DNA from: Botryllus schlosseri
Lineage: Eukaryota
Reading direction: 5' to 3'
Length of the DNA stretch: 64,000 nt
Assembly: GCA_051294905.1 (NCBI GenBank)
Contig: CM119371.1
Span: 2,668,001 to 2,732,000, forward strand
The number at the start of each line of letters is the position of its first letter. Within the stretch, counting starts at the first letter, position 1. Positions 1-11,930 of this stretch are shown here, piece by piece. The notes under the pieces are model-generated. The model ran no database searches and had not been told where the DNA came from. It saw nothing but the letters and a program-made list of their open reading frames with translations. The position numbers and the translations under genes were made by a program.

Positions 1-3000
1 CGAGAAATACAGCCCTCGTATCTGATATCTTAATATATTTTCAGAAATAGCACCATGGCTATTAGAGATGTCAATAGTTTAGAGCAGTGGTTCTCACAGT
101 TTTTAGCGGGAGACCAAATTTTATGTTACTTTACATTTCGCAACCCAAGATTCGCTCGTGTAAAAATGCATTTCTGACACAAGTAAGCCCATGCAACTAT
201 TTTACGAGCATGTATGAATCAGGCAAGGTGCAGACGAAAAGACAGTCAATATCAAAGTAGGCTACCTATACCTTTCCGGAGTACTCGAGTAAGTAGATTT
301 GATTAGATCTGCTAACCATATTTAGGCAGAACTTTTTCGACTTTGGATTTTGCCAACTAGAAGTTGGTTTTGGGATAGGTAGCGAGCACTTTTACGTATA
401 AATTTTCATAACGGTGAAGTAGCGTCTGAATCACGGTCATTAAATTTATTTAAAATGGAACCAATTACTGGAAATATTTTTTGGCTCATTTTCAAACAAG
501 TTTTTTGCATTACAGTGCTGCCAATTAGCCACAATCGACAACACACGACATGCGATTTAATTACCGGTAGTTGCATAATTTCAAAATGTCGTGGTTCGAG
601 TTCTAGTTGCACATCTCAAAAATCCAGTGGTTTGAACAAATTTGCTGTATTACATTATTTTAAGAAGTGTGTAGGCCTATACTAGTGATTCTCATTGGCT
701 GAAAGATGATCAAGTGTTGTCAAGCAGGAATGACGGCAGAAAATAAAGCAGATAACGATCAAATTTAATGTCGGATATAATATTGCAAATATCAGCATCA
801 ATAGGAATTTTACCTGGTTTCCAATGAAAATTCAACACTTGACGTGTGACTGGTCCAAAAATGTCTGGATTGATATCGATTGAAACTTCTCAAAGCTTTT
901 AAAGCGTGTTCGATTGTTTGTGTGTGAAGTTGGTGAATGCGAATCAGAGCTTGTACGCTGGAATTCTTCAGATCTCGTATGACTCGAGATTCCGTGATGA
1001 CTACACCGCGCCGATCTTTGAATTGGAACAGAAGTACCTGAAAACATGATCGCATCAGTTTATCGAAGCACTAAAAAGGTAAACGCGTTAGCCAATAGCA
1101 AGGAAAAGCTATACAGTCGAGTATGCTATTTCGGACAGTTTTGTTTTGCTTCCTTTCGGCAAAAATAAGCAGAGACACTGCTTTATCCAAACTAACCGAC
1201 AAATCAATTTCCCTTTTATGGCAACCCGGTGAACCCTTACACTAATCTGAAAGCCTTTCGTGAACCCCGTATTTTTGTCAAGTCACAAAAAAACCTATCA
1301 CAAGACACTTCTAATACATTACTATAGAACTCTAATGAGTGCGGAATGACTTATGCATCAAGCTTCCGTGTTAAGAAAAACAAAACCGTTAAAACATGAT
1401 CATCACACAAAATTCACGACTGTAAATCAGTGTGACTTCTGTTGTATGAGTTGGATGTACAGAGGAACTGTATCGTGCGAAACGAGGTATGCTTGCTGTA
1501 CAGACCGTTGTCGTTCTCATGCTTATGAGACTGAGGTCTGATTTAATATGAACTGGACTTCATTCCATGTCCAAGTTTTCGCGAATTAAGTGATTCTAAT
1601 TCCAATCTAACTTTGAAAAATTGTGTAGATTCAACTCTGATTTTAATCATAATTTGAAAAAAGTCTGGTAATAATTATAATTCTAAATCTAGTATAGTTT
1701 GTAAAAAAACTGTGGGTTTTAGCCATCATTCTATTTCCAATCTGATTTCGAAAAGTTGAAAATGATCTAGTTGTTCAAATCTGGCTCATAGAACCTCTGG
1801 AGTTATCGTGTAAAACCCCGGTTAGGAATCATTGCTTCAAGATAACCTAATTAGAAAGTACGTTAATAGTTGTGATGCTGACATACCTACAACTATTTGA
1901 CACATCTAGGAAGATTGTGAGCACAAAGTCGAATTGTGCGTTGCATTTTTCAGTTTGGCCGGCTTTGCATTTTCAATCTTCGCAAGTTTCTTCCATTCTA
2001 TTGCGTTGAGACCTTCAGCGGCTTGCGTTCCTAAACAAAAAATCACAGGTGCACTGTAAAAAATATCCTCGGTAAATCCCGACATTAGGTTAGGTTCAAA
2101 ATTATCCGACTTGTGACCCGGGAAACTACTTTCCGACCTCATTAAAGTAGGTAAATCCCGAGTTTTCCATTACTCGGATTGGAAAAAACCGACCCTTATT
2201 GATAATTTTCATCGACCTTTCACCTATATTTTCATTGACCTTTCACCTCAGCCAAATCCCAGCTGTGCTGACTGACTAGGATTGCAAGAAACCGAGCCTG
2301 ACAAATAATTGTCATTGACCTTTCACCTTAAACACACAAAATCAGTAGTCAGTCTGCAGATTAAAAAGCAGTGTATATTAGCAGCAAATAAAGCATTGTT
2401 TCATAAAAGTATACAATCAGCAATATTGGAAACCTGCAGTGTCACAAATTAATAATGATGCGTAATTATTTCAGGTAAACAAACAATATATGTTTGTTGT
2501 TCAAGTTGAAAATTTTATTATGTAATGAGCACGCTGTGATGGTGCCAACAATTGAACATTGGTGCTTATAAGGTTTAGGCCAGTTGGTTGCCAATACGTT
2601 AAGCATTCCAAAAATATAATCAAAAGACCAAACTCTGGGCCACGCCCACGACCATTACAAATATATTGCGAATTGATATCGACAAGGACTAGCATCGATT
2701 AATTAAAAAACCAATGCTAAGCGTCACAACACAAGATATTACTGCTGGCAGTCATCAAAGAGGGCAAAAACAGGACCGCCACAAATCATAATATGACAAT
2801 TAATCGTTGAGTGTCATGTTTATCTTGTTGCGAACAGCATTAGTTGGTTTGACGTTTGGAAGCTTGGCGAGAAAAGTTGCGACAAAGTTCAAGGAGTTTG
2901 ATGATGAAGGAGCAAACTTCACATTGAAAACCCAATAAATAGCCATCAGGCATGCTAGAGCATGGTGAAAACCAAATAAACCTTTCACAACTTCTCCATC

Positions 3001-3278
3001 GAAATGAATCGTCCACTTTTCCGTCTCAGAATTGAATGCGATGGTCGGATAGACATTCTTCGGCTCCTACGAAATATAAATGTTACTATCCAGTATCCAT
3101 GGAATAGTTTAAAAGAGTGTGAGGTTTATGGATCAGTGATTTATAATGTGGGCGGGTAGGCAGAAGCTGGAACATTATGTAAATTATATTTAATTAATTA
3201 ATTATAACCCATTGGGAAATATCAAGCTTGATGCGGGGTTGTTCAGTGAAAATAAGTTGGAAAACAATAGGCGTAGAT

Positions 3279-3824
3279 CAGGGGCGGGCCGCGGATCTGG
3301 CCCGCGAGGCGATTTTGTCCGGCCCGCGGACAGTTTCCCGTCTTAGTTGATAATGTGGCCCGCCCGCCGGTGTCGGGTCAATATCGAGAAAACCATTACC
3401 GGGAATGCGTGCCACAGGAGAGCTTACGCGTAAGTTCGTGGACGCGAGAAGACTTTCATTATCGGCATTTACGATGTACTCAACCAAAATGGATTGATAT
3501 CTTGGTAAATTTGTGGTACCGGGGTTATCGAACGCCTTGAAATCTTAATTAAGGATTGCACCATGTGTTGATCGATCAGACAGAAGCAGATATGGTGGCG
3601 CCTGTATGACAATGATGTTCTCAAATCCACATTGTCTTCCTCAACATCGGCGAGAAATGGCTTTGAAATGACATAGGTGTCGTTACAATACATTCATTAC
3701 ATGCGATTTATTCTTTGTATATGAGGATAAATGGGCTAATAATGTATTGATTCAGCTATCCGGCCCGCCAAGTACTTAATTTTCCTACATCCGGCCCGCT
3801 GACTGGAGAAGCTGCCCGCCCCTG
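3279..3824. mobile_element. hAT-type MITE in the last intron of the accessory gene
   Basis: TIR CAGGGGCGGGC...GCCCGCCCCTG; perfect 8-bp TSD GCGTAGAT (3271-3278 and 3825-3832). Confidence 0.9.
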
Positions 3825-6636
3825 GCGTAGATCAACACGAGCACATATAAATATTCTACAAGATACATCATGTGGTCATATCATATCGTCTCAAATTAAA
3901 TTAAGTACGAACTGTGAAAACAATACTGACAGAGGCCATTTTAAATGTCCAAAATTATGTAATGAATGGGTGGAAATGTTTAGCTGCATTTTGAGAGATA
4001 CCGATGATCAACACACCTTGTCCACAATCAGGAAGTTGTCATACTTCTCTTTGAAGATCGTTGGGATGTACACCATCCAGTCCAGTTTTTGAGTACCTGA
4101 AAACGAAGTGCCAACTCAGATTAAGCACTTAAAGGACAGAAAATGATTCCCGAAATAACAAATAACGTAGTCAGCGTAAGTTCGAACTTTTGCGGTTTAT
4201 CAAGTAAAGGGGGTACGTTGACACATGCGTAGGGCACAATAATTCGAGTACTCGAATAGGAATCCAGTATAAATTGTAATGAAAAACGATTGTTTCGAGT
4301 ATTGTAATTATATGCTTACTATATAAGTCCGTGATTTCCAAAGGACTATCCGCCGCTAGTATGAATCTTGATGCTGAACTATAACTCTTCTCCAAAATCT
4401 TTGACGTCAGGTCGACAGAGTAAGTATCGTCGGAATAGTCTTGTTTCTGACAAATCATTTTCATTTCTTCCAAAATCTGAACAGTTGAAAATATTGACTT
4501 CATAGCATATGCCATGGATGGTCTTCAATTTGATTAGTAGTTTAAATTGACGTGCAAGTCCGGTGACGTACTGGTCATAACTATGTATAATGTTCTACCA
4601 ATACCAATAAAATATATATCATATCATTTAGTGTAATTCATTCTTGTGCGTTTCGTATGTATGCACACGGGGCTTATAAAAGGTGCCCGAAACCAATACT
4701 TTATACCTACCCAATGAGCATCTGCCAAAACTGGGTACGCACGCAACAGACTCGTTGTTGGTGTCCCTTTGATAACTTCATGTCGACGATCTTTAAAGGT
4801 CCTTTTCATCCTATCCATGATTGTGTCTTTATCAGCATTTCGGCTTCTTTTCCACTCAGTCATAATTTCCTTTTGGTGCGCTTCGATGCTACGCTCATCT
4901 TCCGGCGGGTATACGGTTGGAATCTACAAGAAAAAATATATTTTCTAATCAGAGATGGTCAGAGGCATTTTTCATCGTCAAGTTTTGACGAGTTTATAAT
5001 TGCGTAATTGCTATTACTGCGCAAATATAGTCGATAGACTCTCGCATAGGCCGAGAGTAGGTTTGGGCGAAGGTACAGACCAATTTCTTCAATATTCTGC
5101 GGAGGCGGGTCGCGGGGTATTTTCCAATAAAAGTTTGAGATTGAGAATATAAAAAGTTTGGGAACCCATGCGTTGAAAAATTCGCGTGACGCTGTTCGTT
5201 ATAGACCAGTGATTCCCAACCGCGGCCCCCAGCTACCCGTGTTTCGGCCCCCACAAAAATATTGAGGAATCGATTTATTAAAAAAAAATTATATTTATAA
5301 AATACTCTTGCTTGGCTTGGAGTCTGGAGTTTTCTATTAGGATTGTAGGCAAGTTTTGAGTAGACTGCTAAGATTGCCCCAACTTTCCAGATGAACGGGC
5401 TGTACCTATAGATATAGGTATTGACAGGACCGTTTCAAAATATGCTATTCTCTTGTGCTCAATATCAATATCCTCAATATTCCCCCTCTCACCCGTTATA
5501 CAGGTAACAAACGTTAATGAACAATGAAGGATTTGAAAATTCTTACAATGCATGATGACATTCGAGGTTTGGTGCACCTTTCACTCGATGTTCCCACAAC
5601 AAGGTCGTCGGTATGTTTCCGTTTACCCTGACGGTGTTTTCCGTGTTTTTGCTTTTTTTCCGTAACAAGAGGATCTTTACGGCCCCTACGGTACTCCTGG
5701 AACTGGGTTATGAGCTGTTTTTTCCAAGAATGCTGCAACGTAAGATATTTGAAGAAATGTTTGGAATGTTCAAACACAAGCAGCTCACGAAATTTTCACA
5801 TCCATCGAATTTCAAACGATCTTGCATCCAAGGATATTTCGTTATCAAAGCAGCTACTGGCGCATCGTATTGTTGTCTTGTGGGATATAGACTAGGAATA
5901 ATGACTGTTTTAGGCCACTGCAATTATCGTCATATACAAGAAAGGTTTATTATTTATATTGTAGGTCACCTAGTGTATTGCAGCAGGTCCCAAAACAGGT
6001 GATGAACAATTTTCAGTCTCAATTTTTGTGGAAGTACTTTTGTCTTTTCATACTGCTTCACTTCCTTTTCTATGGCTTTTGGTAAAGAAATCCTATATTC
6101 GTTGGGCTATGGCAATGGTTTGTTGTTTTCGTCACAATCTGCTGAACTGGTAGATGCCTTGGAGCTCGACAAGGTACTGTTTGATATACTTTCATCTGAA
6201 GAGAAGGATAAGGAATGAGGAAAATATTAATAATTCACCGTAAGTCAATACCTTCAGGTTCAAAATCTTCAACAGGCAGGTTAGGAAATGAAGAATCACA
6301 GCAGTATCCAACATTGTCAATGCTTGACGTTTCACTATGCATTACGTCTTCGTTAGATTGCCCTCCTGAAGCCATCGTGCTGGTGCAATCGGAGCCGAGT
6401 ATATCCAAGTCACTTTGTTCAACAACAGAGTTGTTGGTTTTCGGATAGGTTACCTCTGCACCAATAAAAATAGACTCGATGAGGGGTGAATCTATTTCGC
6501 CAAGGCACATCTGATCAGACTTGGAGAACTACGGTAGATAATTATAGTTGCGTAATTTCAAAAAATTATTGCGAAATGACAGTATTCTAATTCTAATCTA
6601 ATTTATTGCAAGAAAAAATATGAGTATAGGTAAATA

Positions 6637-7086
6637 CCGTAAACCGGGGTAACTTTGGACACTAAGCAGTAAAAGATTTAAATGGTTATTGATGAAAAAG
6701 GGTTGCCGCTGGATGTCCAATTCTTTTTCATGAGGCAGCAGTACTACAAGTAGTCTTTATAAAAGGTGGATTCATTTCACTACCAGATAAACTTGACCCA
6801 ACATCGATAAATTAATGGAGGGGGTCAATTTCGCCAAAATTGATGGCCAATAAACTTCTTACAGCCAAACATAGATAGCATGTGATTCATAGATTCAAAA
6901 CTTTGGACACAGATAATTTACAAAAATAAGGTACTTATTTATGATCATGAAGATTTTGGATTAGTTAATTCTAATCTTTGCTCCATGACTCCAAAAAAAC
7001 ACAAAACTTGCCTCCCCTACACCCTAGCATTTCCAAGATACAAAGCGGAATTGTTGAAAATTGTCCAATGTTACCCCGGTTTACGG
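6637..7086. mobile_element. Tc1/mariner (pogo-like) MITE
   Basis: TIR CCGTAAACCGGGGTAAC...GTTACCCCGGTTTACGG flanked by TA on both sides. Confidence 0.85.
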
Positions 7087-7501
7087 TATTCATCTCTCTC
7101 ATGAATGAGCCTACTGATCCTACATTTCACTTACTGCCACTGGTGCTCAAAATCAGCCGCAACATTAGTCCATCTACAATTTCCGACATGTCATGAAGAT
7201 CGACGTACGAATCAAATGTCTTGTCGTAATATTCCATTTTGAATTGATTGTCACCAATTTCATCATGAAATACATTTCTCACAACATCAGGAACCTCAGA
7301 TTGGTGATCAACTCTGATCACTCTTTTACTGTCACCATAACTAACCAGCAGTTTCATATTCAACTGTACAACAATCACAGCGGTAGTGTGTTGTGTATCT
7401 GTAAAATACAATGGTCATAATCAAAATAATGAAAATTGCAAAAAAGTTGTGAAAGCAATATTTTTCGATCAACATACTGCACTGTATAAGCTCAATTATC
7501 T

Positions 7502-9841
7502 TTAGGGTTCAAACTTGAAACATATTTGTTGATGCAGCCTAATGTACTGTGATTTGCCAATGAAGTATGCATCGTGGGGCCTTTGGTAAAATAATTCCCC
7601 GGGCTGAAAAACGTAAACAGTACCAGTTTCCTCCACAGCATGGCAGTGTAAATGTCGTACAAATCTCGACCTCAGCAATTCACCACACATGTGCCACTGT
7701 TCATTGAAATAAAGAATATATTGTACACGACAAAATATTGGTCCATCATCATCCTCATTTACAACATAAATCCCCCGCCTACCATATGTTTCATATCCAT
7801 TGTCATATAATTTCGAAGAACATACTTGTCCTTCCATATCTTGTATTCCAAGAAATGCAACATAGTGGCTTGGTATATCTTTCCATGATATGTTTACGAG
7901 CTCGATATTCATTGGATCATCATGCAAACAATTGAGTGAAGACATTTCCCAACATTTTCTGTACTGAAGTCGAGTGGCTACAGTGTGAGTTATGTTTTTG
8001 AAGTTTCCAGAAATTCTACAAATTTTTTTTACGATCTGATGGTAAGATTCAAATCTAAGAGAGGACAAATGAGAGATCGGGCCGCAGATTTTCGTTGCGG
8101 TCGCATAGTGTAATAAGTAGTGAAACTTCGGCTTAATTATTTCTGGTGCCAGCTTCAACACCGCGCTATAAAAATCAACAACCAGCACATCTAGTGAATG
8201 AATCATCTGAACCGTAACACGTTTAGCAAATACAATGTCACATATATCTGATAACAGCAAATACAATTCCCATACATCATTTTGTTCATCGATTCTTGTA
8301 CCGACCATGAAACTCAGATGATTGAAGAAACACCAGCTCTGCGTTGCAGTCAATGTCGAAACTTTACCTTTGTAGCGAGGCTTATTACGGCTTTCATACT
8401 TGCCATAGGGGAATTGTTGCACAAGTTCAATAAAATCTGACTTTGTCATGTCACAATCTTGAATGATCAACTTGTTTATGACAAGTTCGAGGATTGAAGA
8501 GATACAGCCCTCCATTAGATCATGCATAACGTCGAATACATTACAATGAATCGCATCAAACGCTAAAAGATCAGAAAATGGATTACTCATTCTCACTCCA
8601 TATGCTCTTTCGAGTGATGAGTGCCTTGCTACATCACGGACATGCAGCTCATGGTTGGATGGACACCTCAATTCAAACATTGTTTCAGAAAATTTCACAG
8701 TTAAATCTGAATAATGGCACATACAGAATCTACAAATACGACCGCTACTGAATGAACGACGAAACCCAGATATGTCATGACTTGCTAAATTATCACCAGT
8801 GACTGTTGCTATACTACCTTTGAAATGCCTTGTCATGCCATTCCAAAGAGTTACATCCATTCCAGATGTTTCCAGGGATTTTAAATCTTGAATCAACGGC
8901 TTGACTATCGCATGATATCCCATTTTTTTCACAGTGGAAGTTTTTACAATCAAGACCGGATGAATATTCCTCAAGTTCGACAAAAACTTCACTTCCACAT
9001 TTCCAAGCGTAAAATAAAAGCAAGTAAGCTTGTGTATACTTCTCGAACTTCCCAATGGGTTACAAATTTCGACATCATCTAAATATAAATGGATGCGCAG
9101 CAAACTCTGATCACCTTTAAAAAAGTGATTATTTTTAAACAAATCCCCATCGCAGAAGTTGCACAGAAACCCATGAGCAGAAGAACAAGACATATTCGCA
9201 TCTACACTTTCAATTACATCCTTGTGTTCCAAGTATCTTTTCAGAGTACTTAATATGGGAATATATTGATATGATTGGTCCTCATCCCCTTCACAAAGCA
9301 CTTTAACGGGCTCAACAAGACCTATGCTTGTTAAACATTTCTTAAATTGATAGTCACTCTGTGTTTGATCCATCATTTGCCTCAGATCTGGCAAATTATC
9401 AACATTGTTGGTAGCACAAGCATTTTTAAATGCTTCTAAAAGCTCAACTACGCCGAATAAGATGTCACGGGATACCGAAATTGGCAACAGATGTTTTTCG
9501 CGACATTGCAAAGCAAACCGCAAAAATACATCATGAATGTTTGGTAAACTGTCAATAACTTTCCCAGTCTCTTGCTGCGACTGATCCGACTGTTCTAGGG
9601 TGGAAACGCGCAGATCTGCTTCAAAATCTGAGTTTAACACTGTTCGTTTCACATGCTTGCGGTTAAGATGCATCCTGAAGCTATGATAAGTCGAAAACGG
9701 TGGAATTTTACCATTGCACGGCTCCATCTTGCAGTTGAAAGTGTTGCAGAAACGATGAATTCTGCGCACATGTTTCAGCAAGGCTTTTCGCGATGAAAAC
9801 TGATTAGAAATACAACCTGATGCAGGACAAACCCAATTCAT
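7502..9841 (-). CDS. CMC-EnSpm transposase with N-terminal C2H2 zinc fingers (~779 aa, intronless, uninterrupted)
   Basis: Likely start at MNWVCPASGC (ATG at 9841). Two C2H2-like fingers (CPASGC..HVRRIH; CKMEPC..HLNRKH). Family motifs YLDDVEICNPLGS, GDNLASH, CRFC, DVMHDLMEG, KPKFHYLLHY, SLRFESYH. Confidence 0.9.
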   Translation of the reverse strand: MNWVCPASGCISNQFSSRKALLKHVRRIHRFCNTFNCKMEPCNGKIPPFSTYHSFRMHLNRKHVKRTVLNSDFEADLRVSTLEQSDQSQQETGKVIDSLPNIHDVFLRFALQCREKHLLPISVSRDILFGVVELLEAFKNACATNNVDNLPDLRQMMDQTQSDYQFKKCLTSIGLVEPVKVLCEGDEDQSYQYIPILSTLKRYLEHKDVIESVDANMSCSSAHGFLCNFCDGDLFKNNHFFKGDQSLLRIHLYLDDVEICNPLGSSRSIHKLTCFYFTLGNVEVKFLSNLRNIHPVLIVKTSTVKKMGYHAIVKPLIQDLKSLETSGMDVTLWNGMTRHFKGSIATVTGDNLASHDISGFRRSFSSGRICRFCMCHYSDLTVKFSETMFELRCPSNHELHVRDVARHSSLERAYGVRMSNPFSDLLAFDAIHCNVFDVMHDLMEGCISSILELVINKLIIQDCDMTKSDFIELVQQFPYGKYESRNKPRYKGKVSTLTATQSWCFFNHLSFMVGTRIDEQNDVWELYLLLSDICDIVFAKRVTVQMIHSLDVLVVDFYSAVLKLAPEIIKPKFHYLLHYATATKICGPISHLSSLRFESYHQIVKKICRISGNFKNITHTVATRLQYRKCWEMSSLNCLHDDPMNIELVNISWKDIPSHYVAFLGIQDMEGQVCSSKLYDNGYETYGRRGIYVVNEDDDGPIFCRVQYILYFNEQWHMCGELLRSRFVRHLHCHAVEETGTVYVFQPGELFYQRPHDAYFIGKSQYIRLHQQICFKFEP

Positions 9842-10167
9842 GGCCGTCTGATGGCGTGAAACCGCACAGCGTTCGTTACCTCTGCTGTGTTCTGGCGAAA
9901 TGCGTGGTACGCACGCGGATCCACTCGCGCGGCAAATTATTGACCTCAAAAGACCTCTCTCGGGTCGATATAGTAGCAAATAGTTGGGGAAACTTTGATG
10001 ATGTAATCTCAACTCCCGATTTTACAATGGAATTTTCCACTGACAAAAATGTTTTGACAAAGACCATACTCACATGTAATCACTTTCAGTGCATGCTTGA
10101 GTGCTGTTTTGACAAAGACTTATACTCACATGCGTGTACACTGTACAGTACGTCTTGTGAACATAAC

Positions 10168-10857
10168 ATGCCTGAAACGGTGGATTTTTGCAGAGAAGTA
10201 TTGCAGCTTCGCAATGATTTCCACGTTATTTGGGAATCTCAAGAAAGGATATTACGCAGTAATCAAGAAGTAATGAATTATTTGAAGACAGTTGCTGATG
10301 ACGTGAAAAAGCAGACTAGACGGACGGACACGATTTACAAAATTTTCCAAAAAAAATACGGCATCTTGGAGGACATACCCAGAATTATCATGGCAGATGA
10401 AGACAGCTATAAAAAAATCCTTCGCCGACCAAATGGACAGAGATTTTTGATCTCGGATGAGCTATACCACTTATTGCATTCCACGTGTGGCCTACGCGAA
10501 CGAATTCTCAAAGATATTGAGATCATAGTGTTAGTTGCCAAATATATGGATGTTCGAAATATCCGATTCTGCAGGACGAATCTTCAACTAGACGGCGACG
10601 CCATGTCAGAAATTTTGGGTGTTAGTTCCTTCAAACCAACGTTCCAGCAAATGTGGAAGCTCCTGTATTATCGACATTGCGTCCCAGTGAGCGAAGTACA
10701 AGCAACAGAATTTAAAAGATCCCATCAGATCACATGGTCACAGCAATTCGAACTTCAGAAGTCGAAATCGGAAGCTGTCATCCCAGAAACCGACGCCCTC
10801 TGGCAGATTGTAGGGCGAGCTGACCTTGACGAAGCCAGCAGCGGACAACAGGCTTGA
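10168..10857 (+). CDS. Intronless coiled-coil + SWIB/MDM2 (MDM2 p53-binding-like) domain protein, ~229 aa
   Basis: Part of the open 9820-10857 frame. Best start is aacATG at 10168; AATAAA at 10926. Residues at 10444-10689 (ISDELYHLLHSTCG..EIIVLVAKYM..DAMSEILGVSSF..MWKLLYYRHCVPV) parallel the MDM2 N-terminus (LLLKLLKSVG..EVLFYLGQYI..DLLGDLFGVPSF..IYTMIYRNLVVV, recalled from memory). Confidence 0.7.
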   Translation: MPETVDFCREVLQLRNDFHVIWESQERILRSNQEVMNYLKTVADDVKKQTRRTDTIYKIFQKKYGILEDIPRIIMADEDSYKKILRRPNGQRFLISDELYHLLHSTCGLRERILKDIEIIVLVAKYMDVRNIRFCRTNLQLDGDAMSEILGVSSFKPTFQQMWKLLYYRHCVPVSEVQATEFKRSHQITWSQQFELQKSKSEAVIPETDALWQIVGRADLDEASSGQQA

Positions 10858-11351
10858 TTTGATCAGTGACAAATGACGAAAAATTCGACGGTTGATAATT
10901 GCCTGATATGATAGGTTGGAGAAGTAATAAAATCACAAGATTCATTGGTTGTCTATATATGTGTAATGTTTTCTGTAAGCCAGTGTGAGTAATAGCCAGG
11001 CGCGTAGCCAGCCGAAAAATAAGGGGGGTTTGAAATAAAAGGTGGTGCTGGTTTCGATTTTTTCCGAATTTAGTAACGTAGCATTGACTCATTAGGGTTA
11101 AGTACATGCGATGCGTAAACAACGATTATACGACATCCCCGTATTGGCGATTATAGACGTATGATAAGCTTGTCGACGAGTCCGGAATTGCTGTTAATTA
11201 GCGACTCCCTGATCTGTCGTGAACAATGAAATACGCACGCGTCGAACATTTGAATACGCGCGCTTATCAACGAGCTAATGGTCATGAAGTCAGCATCGCA
11301 CTTTTCTACTAGTGGTAACCATAGATGGCTATACTTTCTAAGTAGCTTCAA

Positions 11352-11930
11352 GCAGGGTTGTTGATTCTACTTGAGTAATTTCTTGAAATGACTCGACTCG
11401 AGTCAATTTTTGTATTGACTCGTCTTGAACTCGAGTCATCGCGTATGACTCTTACCAAGTCACATGACTCAAGACTGGGACGGTCAAGACAGACATTTCA
11501 TTGTAACTTCGAAATATAGTGAAGCCACCGCATCATTGGTATGTTTTCCATTAGTCCTGATACTTGGAAAATATGGTCAGGAGCTGTTAGGACTGAGAAA
11601 AAGTGCGATATTCTATAACACTCGAGTAGAATTGAAAAAGTGGGTTGAATCGGATTGGACTCAAAACTGAACAGTGAACATAATTACTGTGTTTCCATGC
11701 AGTGCCGACGAACGACCAAAAGGCTATGACGCATGTATTGTACATGATGGCCGTGTTTCCATGACCAGGCTTAATCCAACCTTGTCTTGGCCGAACAAGA
11801 CTGACATGTACGTTTTTATCTCACTTATTCACTATGAATTTCCACCACATCACAAGATTGCGATGAAATGACTCGATAGGAAGGAGCCGATACGACTAGA
11901 ATCGACCATTCAATCAAACTACCCACTTCG
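11352..11930. mobile_element. Degraded hAT-type MITE of the GACTCGAGTC-rich family
   Basis: CAGGGTTG start and clustered gactcgagtc motifs shared with copies at ~18020-18200, 41038-41280, 43911-44391, 47670-47972 and 57730-57823. Confidence 0.6.

Larger units (their letters stand above)
2800..7357 (-). pseudogene. SAMD3-like EnSpm accessory gene, 9 coding exons, one in-frame stop
   Basis: GT-AG exons in compatible phase: 7357-7135, 6455-6252, 6195-5970, 5891-5789, 5732-5547, 4923-4711, 4476-4320, 4096-4017, 3066-2800. N-terminal PB1/ubiquitin-like segment (MKLLVSYG..YYDKTFDSYVDL). Motifs LYPT..Y..ALITKYP, SWKKQL..F..YRR, MKRTFKDRR, AIYWVFNVKF. TAG at 6107-6109 (KPLP*PNEY), where a Trp is expected. 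Confidence 0.8.
2052..9900 (-). mobile_element. CACTA / CMC-EnSpm DNA transposon (3' terminus at 2052; 5' terminus not found)
   Basis: Terminus CACTGTAAAAAATATCC at 2052, followed by subterminal repeats (ggtaaatcccga, ttgacctttcacct). Contains an EnSpm-type transposase plus a spliced SAMD3-like ORF, the usual two-gene layout of animal EnSpm elements. No matching ...TTTTTACAGTG found, so the right boundary is approximate. Confidence 0.8.

Noticed and set aside
10020..10029. TTTTACAATG as the missing 5' TIR of the CACTA element
   Set aside because: Only 9/10 match, with the mismatch inside the CAGTG terminus, no extension and no TSD. Not fully excluded; if real, it would place the MDM2-like ORF outside the element.
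9820..10167. N-terminal extensions of the 836-aa and 345-aa ORFs, which overlap each other
   Set aside because: No recognisable motifs; better starts exist at 9841 (minus) and 10168 (plus). Treated as intergenic/UTR sequence that happens to be open.
10089..10173. p53 half-site-like decamers (GTGCATGCTT, TAACATGCCT)
   Set aside because: Isolated, mismatched half-sites that are expected by chance.
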